DNA from: Candidatus Oxydemutatoraceae bacterium
GTDB taxonomy: Bacteria; Pseudomonadota; Gammaproteobacteria; Poriferisulfidales; Oxydemutatoraceae
Assembly: GCA_965220085.1 (NCBI GenBank)
Contig: CBDCOZ010000001.1
Coordinates: 96,001-160,000 of the forward strand
DNA length: 64,000 nt
Reading direction: 5' to 3'
Below the pieces are notes generated by a model that ran no database searches, was not told the origin of the DNA, and was given only the letters and a program-made list of their open reading frames with translations. How positions within the stretch are numbered: the first letter of the stretch is position 1; every line of letters starts with the position of its first letter. Positions 47,958-57,258 of this stretch are shown here, one piece after another. The position numbers were made by a program, and so were the translations under genes.

Positions 47958-48586
47958 GAGTGCAAACTGACGATGACATCGGGCTTGAACGCATCGATGT
48001 GCTCGGAAAGCCAGCGGCTTTCGCTTTCGCTCAAAGCCTGTTTGCCCGGGTTGCGGCGCGCGTCTCCTCCGGCGCGGCTTTGCCAGTAAGCGTTGGCCGT
48101 GCTGTCCCAGTCTTTGCTGGCCATGTTTCGGTTGAGGTCCACTCGGTTGTCATTGGTTCGTGTCGCGGGCCGCTTGAGCAATCCGTCGATATTGACAGAG
48201 GGGGCGATATGCCAATGGAACAGACCGGAGTGGTGGCGGTCGAGAATTTTCATCCACTTGATCATGACGCTGAACGAAGCGTATTCATCTCCGTGTATGC
48301 CGCCGATCAACAGCACCCTCGCATGGGGCGGCTTGTCGCCCAAGGGCGGATATTCTTTGTAGACCAGCGCGCGCCCTTGGGCGGTGCGCGCGCCGGTATC
48401 CGCCAGATTGAGGTCCAAGCATTCGCGGACGCCGACCGAACTCAGTTTATTGCCCAATAACTCGCATATCTCGGCGACGCCCGAAGTTTGCGGGTTTTGG
48501 GCCAATACCGATGTTGCGGAAAATACCAATAGTGGCAAAAATCGGCAAAGTATTGTAGACTCGGCTTTGGTATATCTTTCAAGCAT
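47705..48586 (-). CDS. M14 zinc peptidase, murein peptide amidase MpaA-like
   Basis: GGIHGDE, VDLNRN, SLH, PGSLG, TIEL. Confidence 0.82.
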   Translation of the reverse strand: MLERYTKAESTILCRFLPLLVFSATSVLAQNPQTSGVAEICELLGNKLSSVGVRECLDLNLADTGARTAQGRALVYKEYPPLGDKPPHARVLLIGGIHGDEYASFSVMIKWMKILDRHHSGLFHWHIAPSVNIDGLLKRPATRTNDNRVDLNRNMASKDWDSTANAYWQSRAGGDARRNPGKQALSESESRWLSEHIDAFKPDVIVSLHSPYGLVDYDGPAAIKPPSRLGPLPFRDLPTFPGSLGRYAGEDLRIPTLTIELASSRYMPADRDLRDMWVDLVRWLRLNIPQRSP

Positions 48587-48635
48587 TGCTAGAATAGCTT
48601 ACCACTCATATTCATCCCATATCGGAGTTTAACAA

Positions 48636-48962
48636 TTGAACGAACATATTATCAAAGGAAGCGAAGATAATTTCCAGAAAGAAGTTATTGAATCGGACCT
48701 CCCGGTGCTGGTAGACTTTTGGGCCGACTGGTGCGGGCCGTGCAAGATGATTGCCCCCATACTGGATAATTTCTCGGAGAAGTACAAAGACCGTCTCAAG
48801 ATCGTGAAGGTCAATGTGGACGAGAATAAGGAACTGCCGGCGAAATACGGTGTGCGAGGCATTCCGACCCTGATTATTTTCAATAATGGCAGCGTCAAGG
48901 ATCAGAGCGTAGGGGCCTTGTCCCCCGCTCAACTTGCGGCATTTATAGACAAATCACTGTAG
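48636..48962 (+). CDS. trxA: Thioredoxin
   Basis: WCGPC; upstream of rho. Confidence 0.96.
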   Translation: MNEHIIKGSEDNFQKEVIESDLPVLVDFWADWCGPCKMIAPILDNFSEKYKDRLKIVKVNVDENKELPAKYGVRGIPTLIIFNNGSVKDQSVGALSPAQLAAFIDKSL

Positions 48963-49144
48963 TCGTTTAAGCCCGATTGACACATGAGCGGATATTTGTG
49001 GTAGGATAGTCCCCGTCGCCGGACATTTTGCATAAAAAGCCCGGCGGAATCCCGAAGCCACGTTTCGTAATTCCCTTAGTACCCAATTTTTTTATTACCT
49101 TTATTACCTTGTTGAATCAATTTGACTGAAAGAAGAACAATCTT

Positions 49145-50398
49145 ATGGATCTCGCACAACTGAAAAAACAACCGACCGAAGAGCTGTTAAAAACAGCCGA
49201 GTCTTTGGGCATAGAAAATATTGCCCGCGCCCGTCGCCAAGACATCATCTTTTCCATCCTCAAGGCGAAAGCCCGCAACCGCGAGGACATCATGAGCGAA
49301 GGCGTTCTTGAAATCCTGCAAGACGGGTTCGGGTTTCTGCGTTCGCCCGACGGCTCTTATCTTGCCGGCCCGGACGATGTGTATGTCTCGCCAAGCCAGA
49401 TAAGACGTTTTGATCTGCGCACCGGCGATACCGTTTCCGGCAAGATTCGCCCGCCGAAAGACGGCGAGCGGTATTTTGCCCTGCTCAAGATAAGCACCAT
49501 CAACTTTGAAGCGCCGGAGCAGGCGCGCAACAAGGTGCTGTTTGAGAATCTGACGCCTTTGCATGCCGATGAGCGGTTGCGGATGGAGCGCGGCGACGGC
49601 AGTTCCGAAGACATTACCGCCAGAGTCATAGATATCTGCGCGCCGATCGGCATGGGGCAAAGGGGTTTGATCGTCTCGCCGCCGAAGGCGGGCAAGACCC
49701 TGATGTTGCAAAACATCGCCCAGAGTATCGCGCTGAATTCGGAGTGCTATCTGATCGTGTTGCTGATCGATGAGCGTCCGGAGGAAGTGACCGAGATGCA
49801 ACGTTCTGTCAGGGGGGAAGTGCTCTCCAGCACGTTTGACGAACCCGCTTCTCGCCATGTGCAGGTTGCGAATATGGCGATAGAAAAAGCCAAGCGTCTG
49901 GTCGAGCACAAGAAAAATGTCATCATCTTGTTGGATTCCATCACCCGTTTGGCGCGCGCCTACAATACGGTGGTGCCGTCTTCGGGCAAAGTGCTGACCG
50001 GCGGCGTTGACGCCAATGCCCTGCATCGTCCCAAACGATTCTTTGGCGCCGCGCGCAACATAGAAGAGGGCGGCAGCCTGACGATTATTGCCACGGCGCT
50101 GATCGATACCGGTTCCAAGATGGACGAGGTCATCTACGAGGAATTCAAGGGCACCGGCAATATGGAGATTCACCTCGACCGCCACCTTGCCGAGCGCAGA
50201 ATCTATCCGGCGATCAACCTGAAGCGTTCCGGCACTCGGCGCGAAGAGTTGCTGATGGGCGAGGAGGAGTTGCAGAAGGTGTGGGTGTTGCGCAAGTTTA
50301 TCGACCCGATGGACGCCGCCGAAGCCACCTCGTTTTTGGTGCCGAGGTTGCAGAATACGAAGACCAACGGCGAATTCTTTGATGCGATGAAGAACTGA
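49145..50398 (+). CDS. rho: Transcription termination factor Rho
   Basis: [31 protein letters not shown]. Confidence 0.98.
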   Translation: MDLAQLKKQPTEELLKTAESLGIENIARARRQDIIFSILKAKARNREDIMSEGVLEILQDGFGFLRSPDGSYLAGPDDVYVSPSQIRRFDLRTGDTVSGKIRPPKDGERYFALLKISTINFEAPEQARNKVLFENLTPLHADERLRMERGDGSSEDITARVIDICAPIGMGQRGLIVSPPKAGKTLMLQNIAQSIALNSECYLIVLLIDERPEEVTEMQRSVRGEVLSSTFDEPASRHVQVANMAIEKAKRLVEHKKNVIILLDSITRLARAYNTVVPSSGKVLTGGVDANALHRPKRFFGAARNIEEGGSLTIIATALIDTGSKMDEVIYEEFKGTGNMEIHLDRHLAERRIYPAINLKRSGTRREELLMGEEELQKVWVLRKFIDPMDAAEATSFLVPRLQNTKTNGEFFDAMKN

Positions 50399-51169
50399 GC
50401 GTTCTCCCCGCCCGCTCAGTCGCGGGCGCGGCGCAACGCGCGCCACCCGATGTCCTTGCGATAAAAGACTCCGTCCCAGGAGATGCGGCGGCAGGTTTCG
50501 TACGCCCGTTGCCGCGCTTGCGCGATATCCTCGCCGAGCGATGTCACGCACAACACCCGCCCGCCGGCGGTCACCGCCCGGTTTTGTCTGATTCCGATGG
50601 ACGCCGCCGAAGCCGCCGCGTTTTTGGCGCCGAGGTTGCAGAATACGAAGACCAACGGCGAATTCTTTGATGCGATGAAGAACTGAGCGTTCTCCCCGCC
50701 CGCTCAGTCGCGGGCGCGGCGCAACGCGCGCCACCCGATGTCCTTGCGATAAAAGACTCCGTCCCAGGAGATGCGGCGGCAGGTTTCGTACGCCCGTTGC
50801 CGCGCTTGCGCGATATCCTCGCCGAGCGATGTCACGCACAACACCCGCCCGCCGGCGGTCACCGCCCGGTTTTGTCTGATTCCGATGGATGCCGCCGAAG
50901 CCGCCGCGTTTTTGGCGCCGAGGTTGCAGGATACGAAGACCAACGGCGAATTCTTTGATGCGATGAAGAACTGAGCGTTCTCCCCGCCCGCTCAGTCGCG
51001 GGCGCGGCGCAACGCGCGCCACCCGATGTCCTTGCGATAAAAGACTCCGTCCCAGGAGATGCGGCGGCAGGTTTCGTACGCCCGTTGCCGCGCTTGCGCG
51101 ATATCCTCGCCGAGCGATGTCACGCACAACACCCGCCCGCCGGCGGTCACCGCCCGGTTTTGTTTGATC
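50306..51169. repeat. 288-bp tandem triplication of the rho/purD convergent junction
   Basis: Units start at 50306, 50594 and 50882. Confidence 0.95.
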
Positions 51170-52281
51170 TGCGTGCCGGCGTGGAAGACTTTTGTGTGTT
51201 CGTCGGTTGCCTCATCCAAGCCGCTGATGTCCCGGCCTTTGCGATAAGCGCCGGGGTAGCCGTCGGCAGCGAGGACGACACCGAGAGCCGGCTGCGGCGC
51301 CCATTCAATGTCTGCCGCATCCAGCGCGCCTCCTATCGCGCGCAGGCACAACTCAAGCAAATCGGAGCGCATGCGCATTAAAAGCGGTTGGGTTTCGGGG
51401 TCGCCCAGGCGGCAATTAAACTCCAGTACCGAAGGCTCGCCCCGGTCATCTATCATCAGGCCGGCATAGAGAAAACCGACGAAAGGCCGGCCCTCCTTTG
51501 CCATGCCTTCAAGCGCCGGTCGCATGATGCGCTCCATCACCCGCGCGCGCACCGCATCATCGATCACAGGCGCCGGCGAATAAGCGCCCATGCCGCCGGT
51601 GTTCGGCCCGGTATCGCCGTCGTCTCTGGCTTTGTGGTCTTGCGAACTGGCCAAAGCGAGCAGGCGTTTGCCGTCGGCAAGACCGATGAAGCTCGCTTCT
51701 TCGCCTTGCAGGAAGTCCTCAATGACGATCTGTCGCCCGGCTTCGCCGAAACGCTTTTGATTCAGCATCATGTCGACGGCGCTGCGCGCCTCCGCCAGCG
51801 TGCGGGCGATGATGACTCCTTTGCCGGCGGCAATCCCGTCGGCTTTGATCACCGTCGGCAGAGATACTTTTGTCAGGTAGTCGCGCGCCGCCCGATAGTC
51901 GTCAAAGCAACGGTAGTCGGCGCTCGGTATGCCGTAGCGGCGCATGAAACTCTTGCAAAACGATTTTGAAGTTTCCAGTTGCGCGGCGGCTTTCGTCGGC
52001 CCGAATATCGGCAGGCCGGCGCGCTTGAATCTATCGACGATGCCGGCGGCAAGCGGGGCTTCGGGGCCTACGATGGTCAGGCGCGCATCGTTTTGTTCGG
52101 CAAATTCAACCAGCGCATCGGTCGCATCGGCGCCGATATCCACATTGACGACCTTGTCGCCCTCACGGGCGGTGCCGGCGTTGCCCGGCGCGACAAACAC
52201 GGTCTTTGCCCGCGCACTTTGCGCGCATTTCCACGCGAGCGCGTGTTCTCTTCCGCCGCCGCCGATGATGAGAACGTTCAT
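50992..52281 (-). CDS. purD: Phosphoribosylamine-glycine ligase
   Basis: GGGGREHAL, KADGIAAGKGV, NTGGMGAY, EFNCRLGDPE. Confidence 0.97.
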   Translation of the reverse strand: MNVLIIGGGGREHALAWKCAQSARAKTVFVAPGNAGTAREGDKVVNVDIGADATDALVEFAEQNDARLTIVGPEAPLAAGIVDRFKRAGLPIFGPTKAAAQLETSKSFCKSFMRRYGIPSADYRCFDDYRAARDYLTKVSLPTVIKADGIAAGKGVIIARTLAEARSAVDMMLNQKRFGEAGRQIVIEDFLQGEEASFIGLADGKRLLALASSQDHKARDDGDTGPNTGGMGAYSPAPVIDDAVRARVMERIMRPALEGMAKEGRPFVGFLYAGLMIDDRGEPSVLEFNCRLGDPETQPLLMRMRSDLLELCLRAIGGALDAADIEWAPQPALGVVLAADGYPGAYRKGRDISGLDEATDEHTKVFHAGTQIKQNRAVTAGGRVLCVTSLGEDIAQARQRAYETCRRISWDGVFYRKDIGWRALRRARD

Positions 52282-53804
52282 CAGTGCTTAAAGTGTCTTA
52301 TGCCGGTGAACACCATGGCGATGCCAAGTTCATCCGCCGCCGCGATCACGTCGGCGTCATTTTTTGATCCGCCCGGTTGTATGATGGCGCGGATGCCCGC
52401 CTCGCCCGCCCGCTCTATGCCGTCGCGGAAAGGAAAGAAGGCATCGGATGCCATCACGCAACCGTCGGCCAGCCCCGCTTTGGCGGCTTTGTTGACGGCG
52501 ATTTGCACCGAGTCGGCGCGGCTCGTTTGTCCGGCCCCGATGCCGACGGCGGCTTCGTCACGCGCCAAGACGATTGCGTTTGAGCGGGTGTGCTTCGCTA
52601 TCCGCCACGCAAACAGCAGGTCGCGGATGTCGTTTTCGCGCGGCTTGCGTTTGCTGACAGTGCGCAGTTGCTTTGCATCGATATGCGCGCTGTCGGTTTG
52701 CTGCAACAGCAGGCCGCCGCCGATGGCGCGCATTTCCGCGGTGTGCGCCGATGGCGCTCCGCCGGTCACCGCCCGCACATTCTTCTTCGTTGCCAACACC
52801 TTCAATGCGCGGTCGGAAAATGCCGGCGCGACGATGACCTCGACGAATTGCCGCTCGATGATCGCTTGTGCGACATCATCGGTGACATCCCGGTTCAACG
52901 CGATGATGCCGCCGAATGCCGAGTCCGGGTCGGTGTCAAAAGCGCGCCGGTATGCGGCCGCTGCCGTATCGCCGCAGGCCGCGCCGCACGGGTTGTTGTG
53001 TTTGACGATGACGCAGGCGGCGCGGGCGCCGTCAATTTCTCGCACCGCTTTCATCGCCGCATCGGCGTCCAGATAGTTGTTATACGAGAGCGGCTTGCCT
53101 TGCAACAGGCGCGGCGCGGTGTCGCTGTGGTGGCGGTAGAAGGCTCCCGTCTGGTGCGGGTTTTCGCCATAACGCAAATCGCCTTCCTTTTGATAGCCGC
53201 CGCAAGCGGGCGGGAAGCCGTCGTCGTTGCGCGCAAACCAGTCGCCGATCATCGCATCGTAGCGGGCGGTATGCGCAAACGCTTTGGCCGCCAGTTCGGC
53301 GCGCTTTTCTTGCGCCAACTCCCCGTCCTGCAAAGCGCGGATGAGCATTGCGTAATCCGCCGGATCGACGACAACGATGACACGGGCGTGGTTTTTTGCG
53401 GCGGCTCTGATGAGCGCGACGCCGCCGATATCTATCTGCTCAAGCGCTTCTTCGCGGGTGTGTTGTTTGGCGACGGTACGCGCGAACGGGTAGAGATTCG
53501 CCGCCAGCAGATCGATCGGCTCGATGCCGTGTTCGCGCATGACGCGCTCGTCCTCGTCGCCGCGCGCGAGCAATCCGCCGTGAATTTTCGGGTGCAGGGT
53601 CTTGACTCTGCCGCCCATGATTTCCGGGAAACCGGTGTATTCGGAAACATCGCTGACCGCTATGTCGTTTTGGCGGATGCGTTCCGCGGTGCCGGCGCTG
53701 GATAGGATGGTTGCGCCCGCCCGCTGCAAGGCGCGCGCCAGTTCTTCAATTCCGGTCTTGTCCGATACGCTCAAAAGGGCGCGGCCAATTTTCTGGTTTG
53801 TCAC
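52281..53804 (-). CDS. purH: AICAR transformylase/IMP cyclohydrolase
   Basis: ALLSVSDK, GRVKTLHP, LRYGENPHQ, KHNNPCG, SDAFFPF. Confidence 0.97.
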   Translation of the reverse strand: MTNQKIGRALLSVSDKTGIEELARALQRAGATILSSAGTAERIRQNDIAVSDVSEYTGFPEIMGGRVKTLHPKIHGGLLARGDEDERVMREHGIEPIDLLAANLYPFARTVAKQHTREEALEQIDIGGVALIRAAAKNHARVIVVVDPADYAMLIRALQDGELAQEKRAELAAKAFAHTARYDAMIGDWFARNDDGFPPACGGYQKEGDLRYGENPHQTGAFYRHHSDTAPRLLQGKPLSYNNYLDADAAMKAVREIDGARAACVIVKHNNPCGAACGDTAAAAYRRAFDTDPDSAFGGIIALNRDVTDDVAQAIIERQFVEVIVAPAFSDRALKVLATKKNVRAVTGGAPSAHTAEMRAIGGGLLLQQTDSAHIDAKQLRTVSKRKPRENDIRDLLFAWRIAKHTRSNAIVLARDEAAVGIGAGQTSRADSVQIAVNKAAKAGLADGCVMASDAFFPFRDGIERAGEAGIRAIIQPGGSKNDADVIAAADELGIAMVFTGIRHFKH

Positions 53805-53831
53805 TGCGATGTTTTGTTTTCCGACGGTGAA

Positions 53832-54746
53832 TTATATGTGCTTCGCTTCCGCGGGCGCCAACTCGGCAAAGAGATTGGCAAACTCCCCGAACTCGATGCC
53901 CCGTTCGCTGTCTTTGCGCCAGCCGAAACCGATTTCCCGGTAGGCGCGGTCGGGCATGTCAACGGTGGCGATGTCCGTGTTTTTCAGCAAGCCGCCGGCA
54001 ATCGCAATATCGGTGACAAAGGTGACGCCGAGGTCGTTATCGACCAACTGGATCAGGGTTTGCAGACTGCTGGCGGAGTAGGGACTGATCTTTTTCTGAT
54101 GTTCGGTATTGCACACATGCAAGGCGTGATTGCGCAGGCAGTGGCCGTCTTCAAGCAACAATATGCTGGACGGCGGCAGCGTGCTTTCATCAAAACTCGT
54201 TTCGCGCAACAACTTGCTTTGCTTGCTCAGAGCAATCTTGAAATAATCTTTGAACAGGCTCATCGTTTCCACCCCGCTGAGGTCATACGGCAACGCGATC
54301 AAAATCAAATCGAGTTCGCCGTCGATCAGGTCTTTGTGCAGGCTCGCCGTCATGTTTTCGCGGATGGAAAGGCTCAGCCGCGGCCAACGCGCTTTTATCT
54401 TCGGCAGCATCTTTGGCAACACAAAGGGGGCGATGGTCGGAATCACGCCCAAGCGCAACTTGCCCGTGAACGGCTCTTTGCTGGCCATGACGATTTCTTC
54501 CAGCCGTTGCGTTTCGCCCAGAATCTGTTCCGCTTGCTCGACGACTCGCAACCCGGCGGCGGTGAGAAAAACATTTTTGTTGGTGCGATCGATCAACTTG
54601 AGGTCGAGTTGGTCCTCCAGCTTTTTGATGCCGATGCTAAACGCCGCTTGGGTGAGGCAACACTCTTTTGCCGCCTTGCCAAAGTGCAGGTGCCTGGCAA
54701 GGCTCGTCAAGAATTGCAACTGGCGCAATGTGATATGTGGATTCAT
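53832..54746 (-). CDS. oxyR: LysR regulator, OxyR-like
   Basis: LysR HTH, GVIPTIAP, LEDGHCLRNHALHVC with both redox cysteines. Confidence 0.85.
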   Translation of the reverse strand: MNPHITLRQLQFLTSLARHLHFGKAAKECCLTQAAFSIGIKKLEDQLDLKLIDRTNKNVFLTAAGLRVVEQAEQILGETQRLEEIVMASKEPFTGKLRLGVIPTIAPFVLPKMLPKIKARWPRLSLSIRENMTASLHKDLIDGELDLILIALPYDLSGVETMSLFKDYFKIALSKQSKLLRETSFDESTLPPSSILLLEDGHCLRNHALHVCNTEHQKKISPYSASSLQTLIQLVDNDLGVTFVTDIAIAGGLLKNTDIATVDMPDRAYREIGFGWRKDSERGIEFGEFANLFAELAPAEAKHI

Positions 54747-54900
54747 ATAATAAATATATCATAGAAAGGGCAAAACAATGGGAATTATGTATTTAACTTG
54801 ACAGAGGCAGATTATGTCAGGCAGGAAACTTGACAAAGATACCAGTACGCTATATACCTATATCTTAATTCGTTGTTAAACCACTTTGGGGATTAGGACT

Positions 54901-55821
54901 ATGAGTAAGAGAAAAGCAGAAATATTAAGCCTATATCAGATTATGGAGCAATACCCGACCGATGAAGCGACCATACGATACCTTGAAAGTCTGGCATGGA
55001 GTGATAAGCCGGTATGTTCTAAATGCGGATGTGATAACAAAATTACAGAGCAAAAGAAAGCTGGCGATTATTGGTGCGGTAGCTGTCGTTCATACTTCAA
55101 TGTATTCACCAATACACCGCTAGAGCGGAATAAAGTAGATGCCAGAAAATGGGTTTATGCTTCCTATACCCTGCTCACTTCACGCAAAGGGATAAGCAGT
55201 CTGCAATTAAGCAAAGAGATTGGAGTGCAACAAAGAACAGCGTGGTATATGCTTCACCGCTTGCGGGTTATATGTGGCGGGGATATGCAGGCGCTGCATG
55301 GGCAAGTAGAGACAGATGAAACTTATATCGGCGGCAAGGAGAAAAACCGCCATCCCAACAAGAAAAAGCGGGCGGGTCGCGGTGGTGCTGGCAAGACTGC
55401 TATACTGGGTATGCGAGAGCGTAAAGGCAGAGTAAAGGCCATGCCAGTAGAGAACACTACAAAGGAAACACTACAGACCGCCGTACATAAAAATGTCCGC
55501 AAGGGTTCTACCCTTTTTACTGATGAAAACCCCTCATACAATGGTGTTGCCAATCGCCACTATGCGGTTAATCATTCTGCGAAGGAATATGTAAATGGTA
55601 TGGCGCACACTAACGGCATAGAATCCGTATGGGCTGTACTCAAGAGAGGTTTTAGCGGTGTGTATCACAACTGGAGTAAGAAGCATTGCAGGGCTTATGT
55701 CAATGAGTTTTCCTTCCGTCTTAACGATGGCAATTGTGAGATAGATACCCAAGACAGATTAAACAGTTTGTTTGCCGGTATGCACGGCAAGCAGATTACT
55801 TATAAGGAATTGACAGGATGA
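54901..55821 (+). CDS. IS1595-family DDE transposase
   Basis: CxxC...CxxC zinc ribbon, VETDETY, FTDE, VNHS, HTNGIESVW, YVNEF. Confidence 0.93.
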   Translation: MSKRKAEILSLYQIMEQYPTDEATIRYLESLAWSDKPVCSKCGCDNKITEQKKAGDYWCGSCRSYFNVFTNTPLERNKVDARKWVYASYTLLTSRKGISSLQLSKEIGVQQRTAWYMLHRLRVICGGDMQALHGQVETDETYIGGKEKNRHPNKKKRAGRGGAGKTAILGMRERKGRVKAMPVENTTKETLQTAVHKNVRKGSTLFTDENPSYNGVANRHYAVNHSAKEYVNGMAHTNGIESVWAVLKRGFSGVYHNWSKKHCRAYVNEFSFRLNDGNCEIDTQDRLNSLFAGMHGKQITYKELTG

Positions 55822-55972
55822 AAACCACCCACAGCATAACTACAGTTTCGGTGAAGGTAGATAATTCAAAAAGGGTTCCTTTGAAATAGATTTATCGGTG
55901 GTGCTATCCTTCCTTTGAGTATGAAATAGACAATGTAGAGCATGACACATCTAATCAGTCAGATATGCAAAT

Positions 55973-56131
55973 ATGAAACAGAAAGACTTAGACAGAGCGG
56001 CTACGGCACTACTTAAAGCAGGGAAACCGCCGAAGGATAAAGATTGCCCGATACCGACAAAAGCAGACTTAAACCGTAAGTTTGTCATGCGGGTAGACCG
56101 TCAAGGCAAACCCACAATTATTGAGAAATAA
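55973..56131 (+). CDS. Small basic passenger ORF inside the IS (52 aa)
   Basis: MKQKDLDRAATALLKAGKPP...IIEK; stops 2 bp before the right TIR. Confidence 0.45.
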   Translation: MKQKDLDRAATALLKAGKPPKDKDCPIPTKADLNRKFVMRVDRQGKPTIIEK

Positions 56132-56233
56132 TACCTCTGTCAAGTTAAATACATAATTCCCAAAACAATATGCTTGGGGAATTCTGTTATACTATCCCCC
56201 GACTTTTTGAATTTTGATACGGAGGTATTTGTT

Positions 56234-57133
56234 ATGACAGAAGAAAAATCGCAAAGAGTATGGATGAACCGTTGCAAGCCTGTTGGCAATAATCAACTGG
56301 AGGATTGCAAGAGGGAACGCATCATAACCATCGGCTGGCCGGATGTGGACCTGAGCCAAGACGGTTGGGAAAATACCAAGTGGTTGACTCCGCGTGGCAG
56401 AAGCATGCTTTGGAGGTTTTGTGAAATGAGAAAAGGAGACTGGGTCTTGGTGCCTCGCGGGGGAGACTTACACCGTGCCCAAATAGCATGTGATAAACCG
56501 CTCTACTTAAAAGATAAACCCGACTGGGCAGAACACGCGGGCAGTTACTACGAGACCGAAGAATGGAAAGAGGAACCTTGGGAACGGTCAAAAATGCCGG
56601 CAAGCGTACAATCGCGCCTGAAGTACAGGGGCACACACCTGTGGTTGCACGACAACTACTCGGAACTGGAAAAGGCATATGGCAAGTCCCTCTCTGCTCG
56701 GATGGTGGAGGAATTGCGGGAGATCTTTCAGGTGCCGAGAGAATCCACTCTGCATGCGGATTCGCTGGAGAGAATGATAAAGGGATTGTTTGAAAGCATG
56801 CACTTTGAGGGTGTAAGGATACCCGGGAAAAAACAGTCCCAAGCCGGCGATGTGGATGTTGAGGCAATGACACCCTTGGGCATACAGGTATATGCGCAGG
56901 TGAAGTGGCATCAGGGAACATCGGGGGGTGCGGGTATTGACCAGTTGATAAAGCGCAAAGAGGATGATGGAAAGAAACCTGATAACGAAGCCAACGCCAT
57001 CTATCTCTTCATAACCACTGCCAAAGAAATTAACGAAGATGCAAAAAACAAGGCAAACCAGAATGATATTCTGTGCTGGGATGGTGAGAAATTAGCCGCC
57101 ATGCTTATAGAGCACGGCATCCCGAAGGATTAA
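56234..57133 (+). CDS. Mrr-like restriction endonuclease
   Basis: GGAGG RBS; ITIGW...MRKGDWVLVP N-terminal domain; GDVDV...QVK...FITT...WDGEKL catalytic domain. Confidence 0.78.
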   Translation: MTEEKSQRVWMNRCKPVGNNQLEDCKRERIITIGWPDVDLSQDGWENTKWLTPRGRSMLWRFCEMRKGDWVLVPRGGDLHRAQIACDKPLYLKDKPDWAEHAGSYYETEEWKEEPWERSKMPASVQSRLKYRGTHLWLHDNYSELEKAYGKSLSARMVEELREIFQVPRESTLHADSLERMIKGLFESMHFEGVRIPGKKQSQAGDVDVEAMTPLGIQVYAQVKWHQGTSGGAGIDQLIKRKEDDGKKPDNEANAIYLFITTAKEINEDAKNKANQNDILCWDGEKLAAMLIEHGIPKD

Positions 57134-57152
57134 TTCGCTCAATCGCTATCCG

Positions 57153-57183
57153 CCGCCTTGCCCGTCTTTGACGGGCAAGGCGG
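57153..57183. terminator. 14-bp stem hairpin
   Basis: ccgccttgcccgtc-ttt-gacgggcaaggcgg; no clear U-tract. Confidence 0.6.
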
Positions 57184-57258
57184 TCGCCGCCCGCCCCTTG
57201 TTCCGTCGGCAGAACACGGCTTGTCAAACGAAACGCCTAACCCTCTGTATTTCCGCAT

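Larger units (their letters stand above)
54780..56161 (+). mobile_element. IS1595-family insertion sequence, 1382 bp
   Basis: Perfect 28-bp TIRs GGGAATTATGTATTTAACTTGACAGAGG (54780-54807 and 56134-56161); 8-bp TSD AAAACAAT (54772-54779 and 56162-56169). Confidence 0.95.

Noticed and set aside
48977-49007. TTGACA...TAGGAT promoter upstream of rho
   Set aside because: The 19-nt spacing is non-canonical; plausible but not supportable from sequence alone.
49187-51127. 646-aa minus-strand ORF with repeats
   Set aside because: Antisense shadow of rho extended by the in-frame 288-bp repeats.
12131-51169. 3'-end duplicates as diversity-generating retroelement TR/VR pairs
   Set aside because: No reverse transcriptase in the window, targets are housekeeping genes, and differences are not restricted to adenines on one strand.
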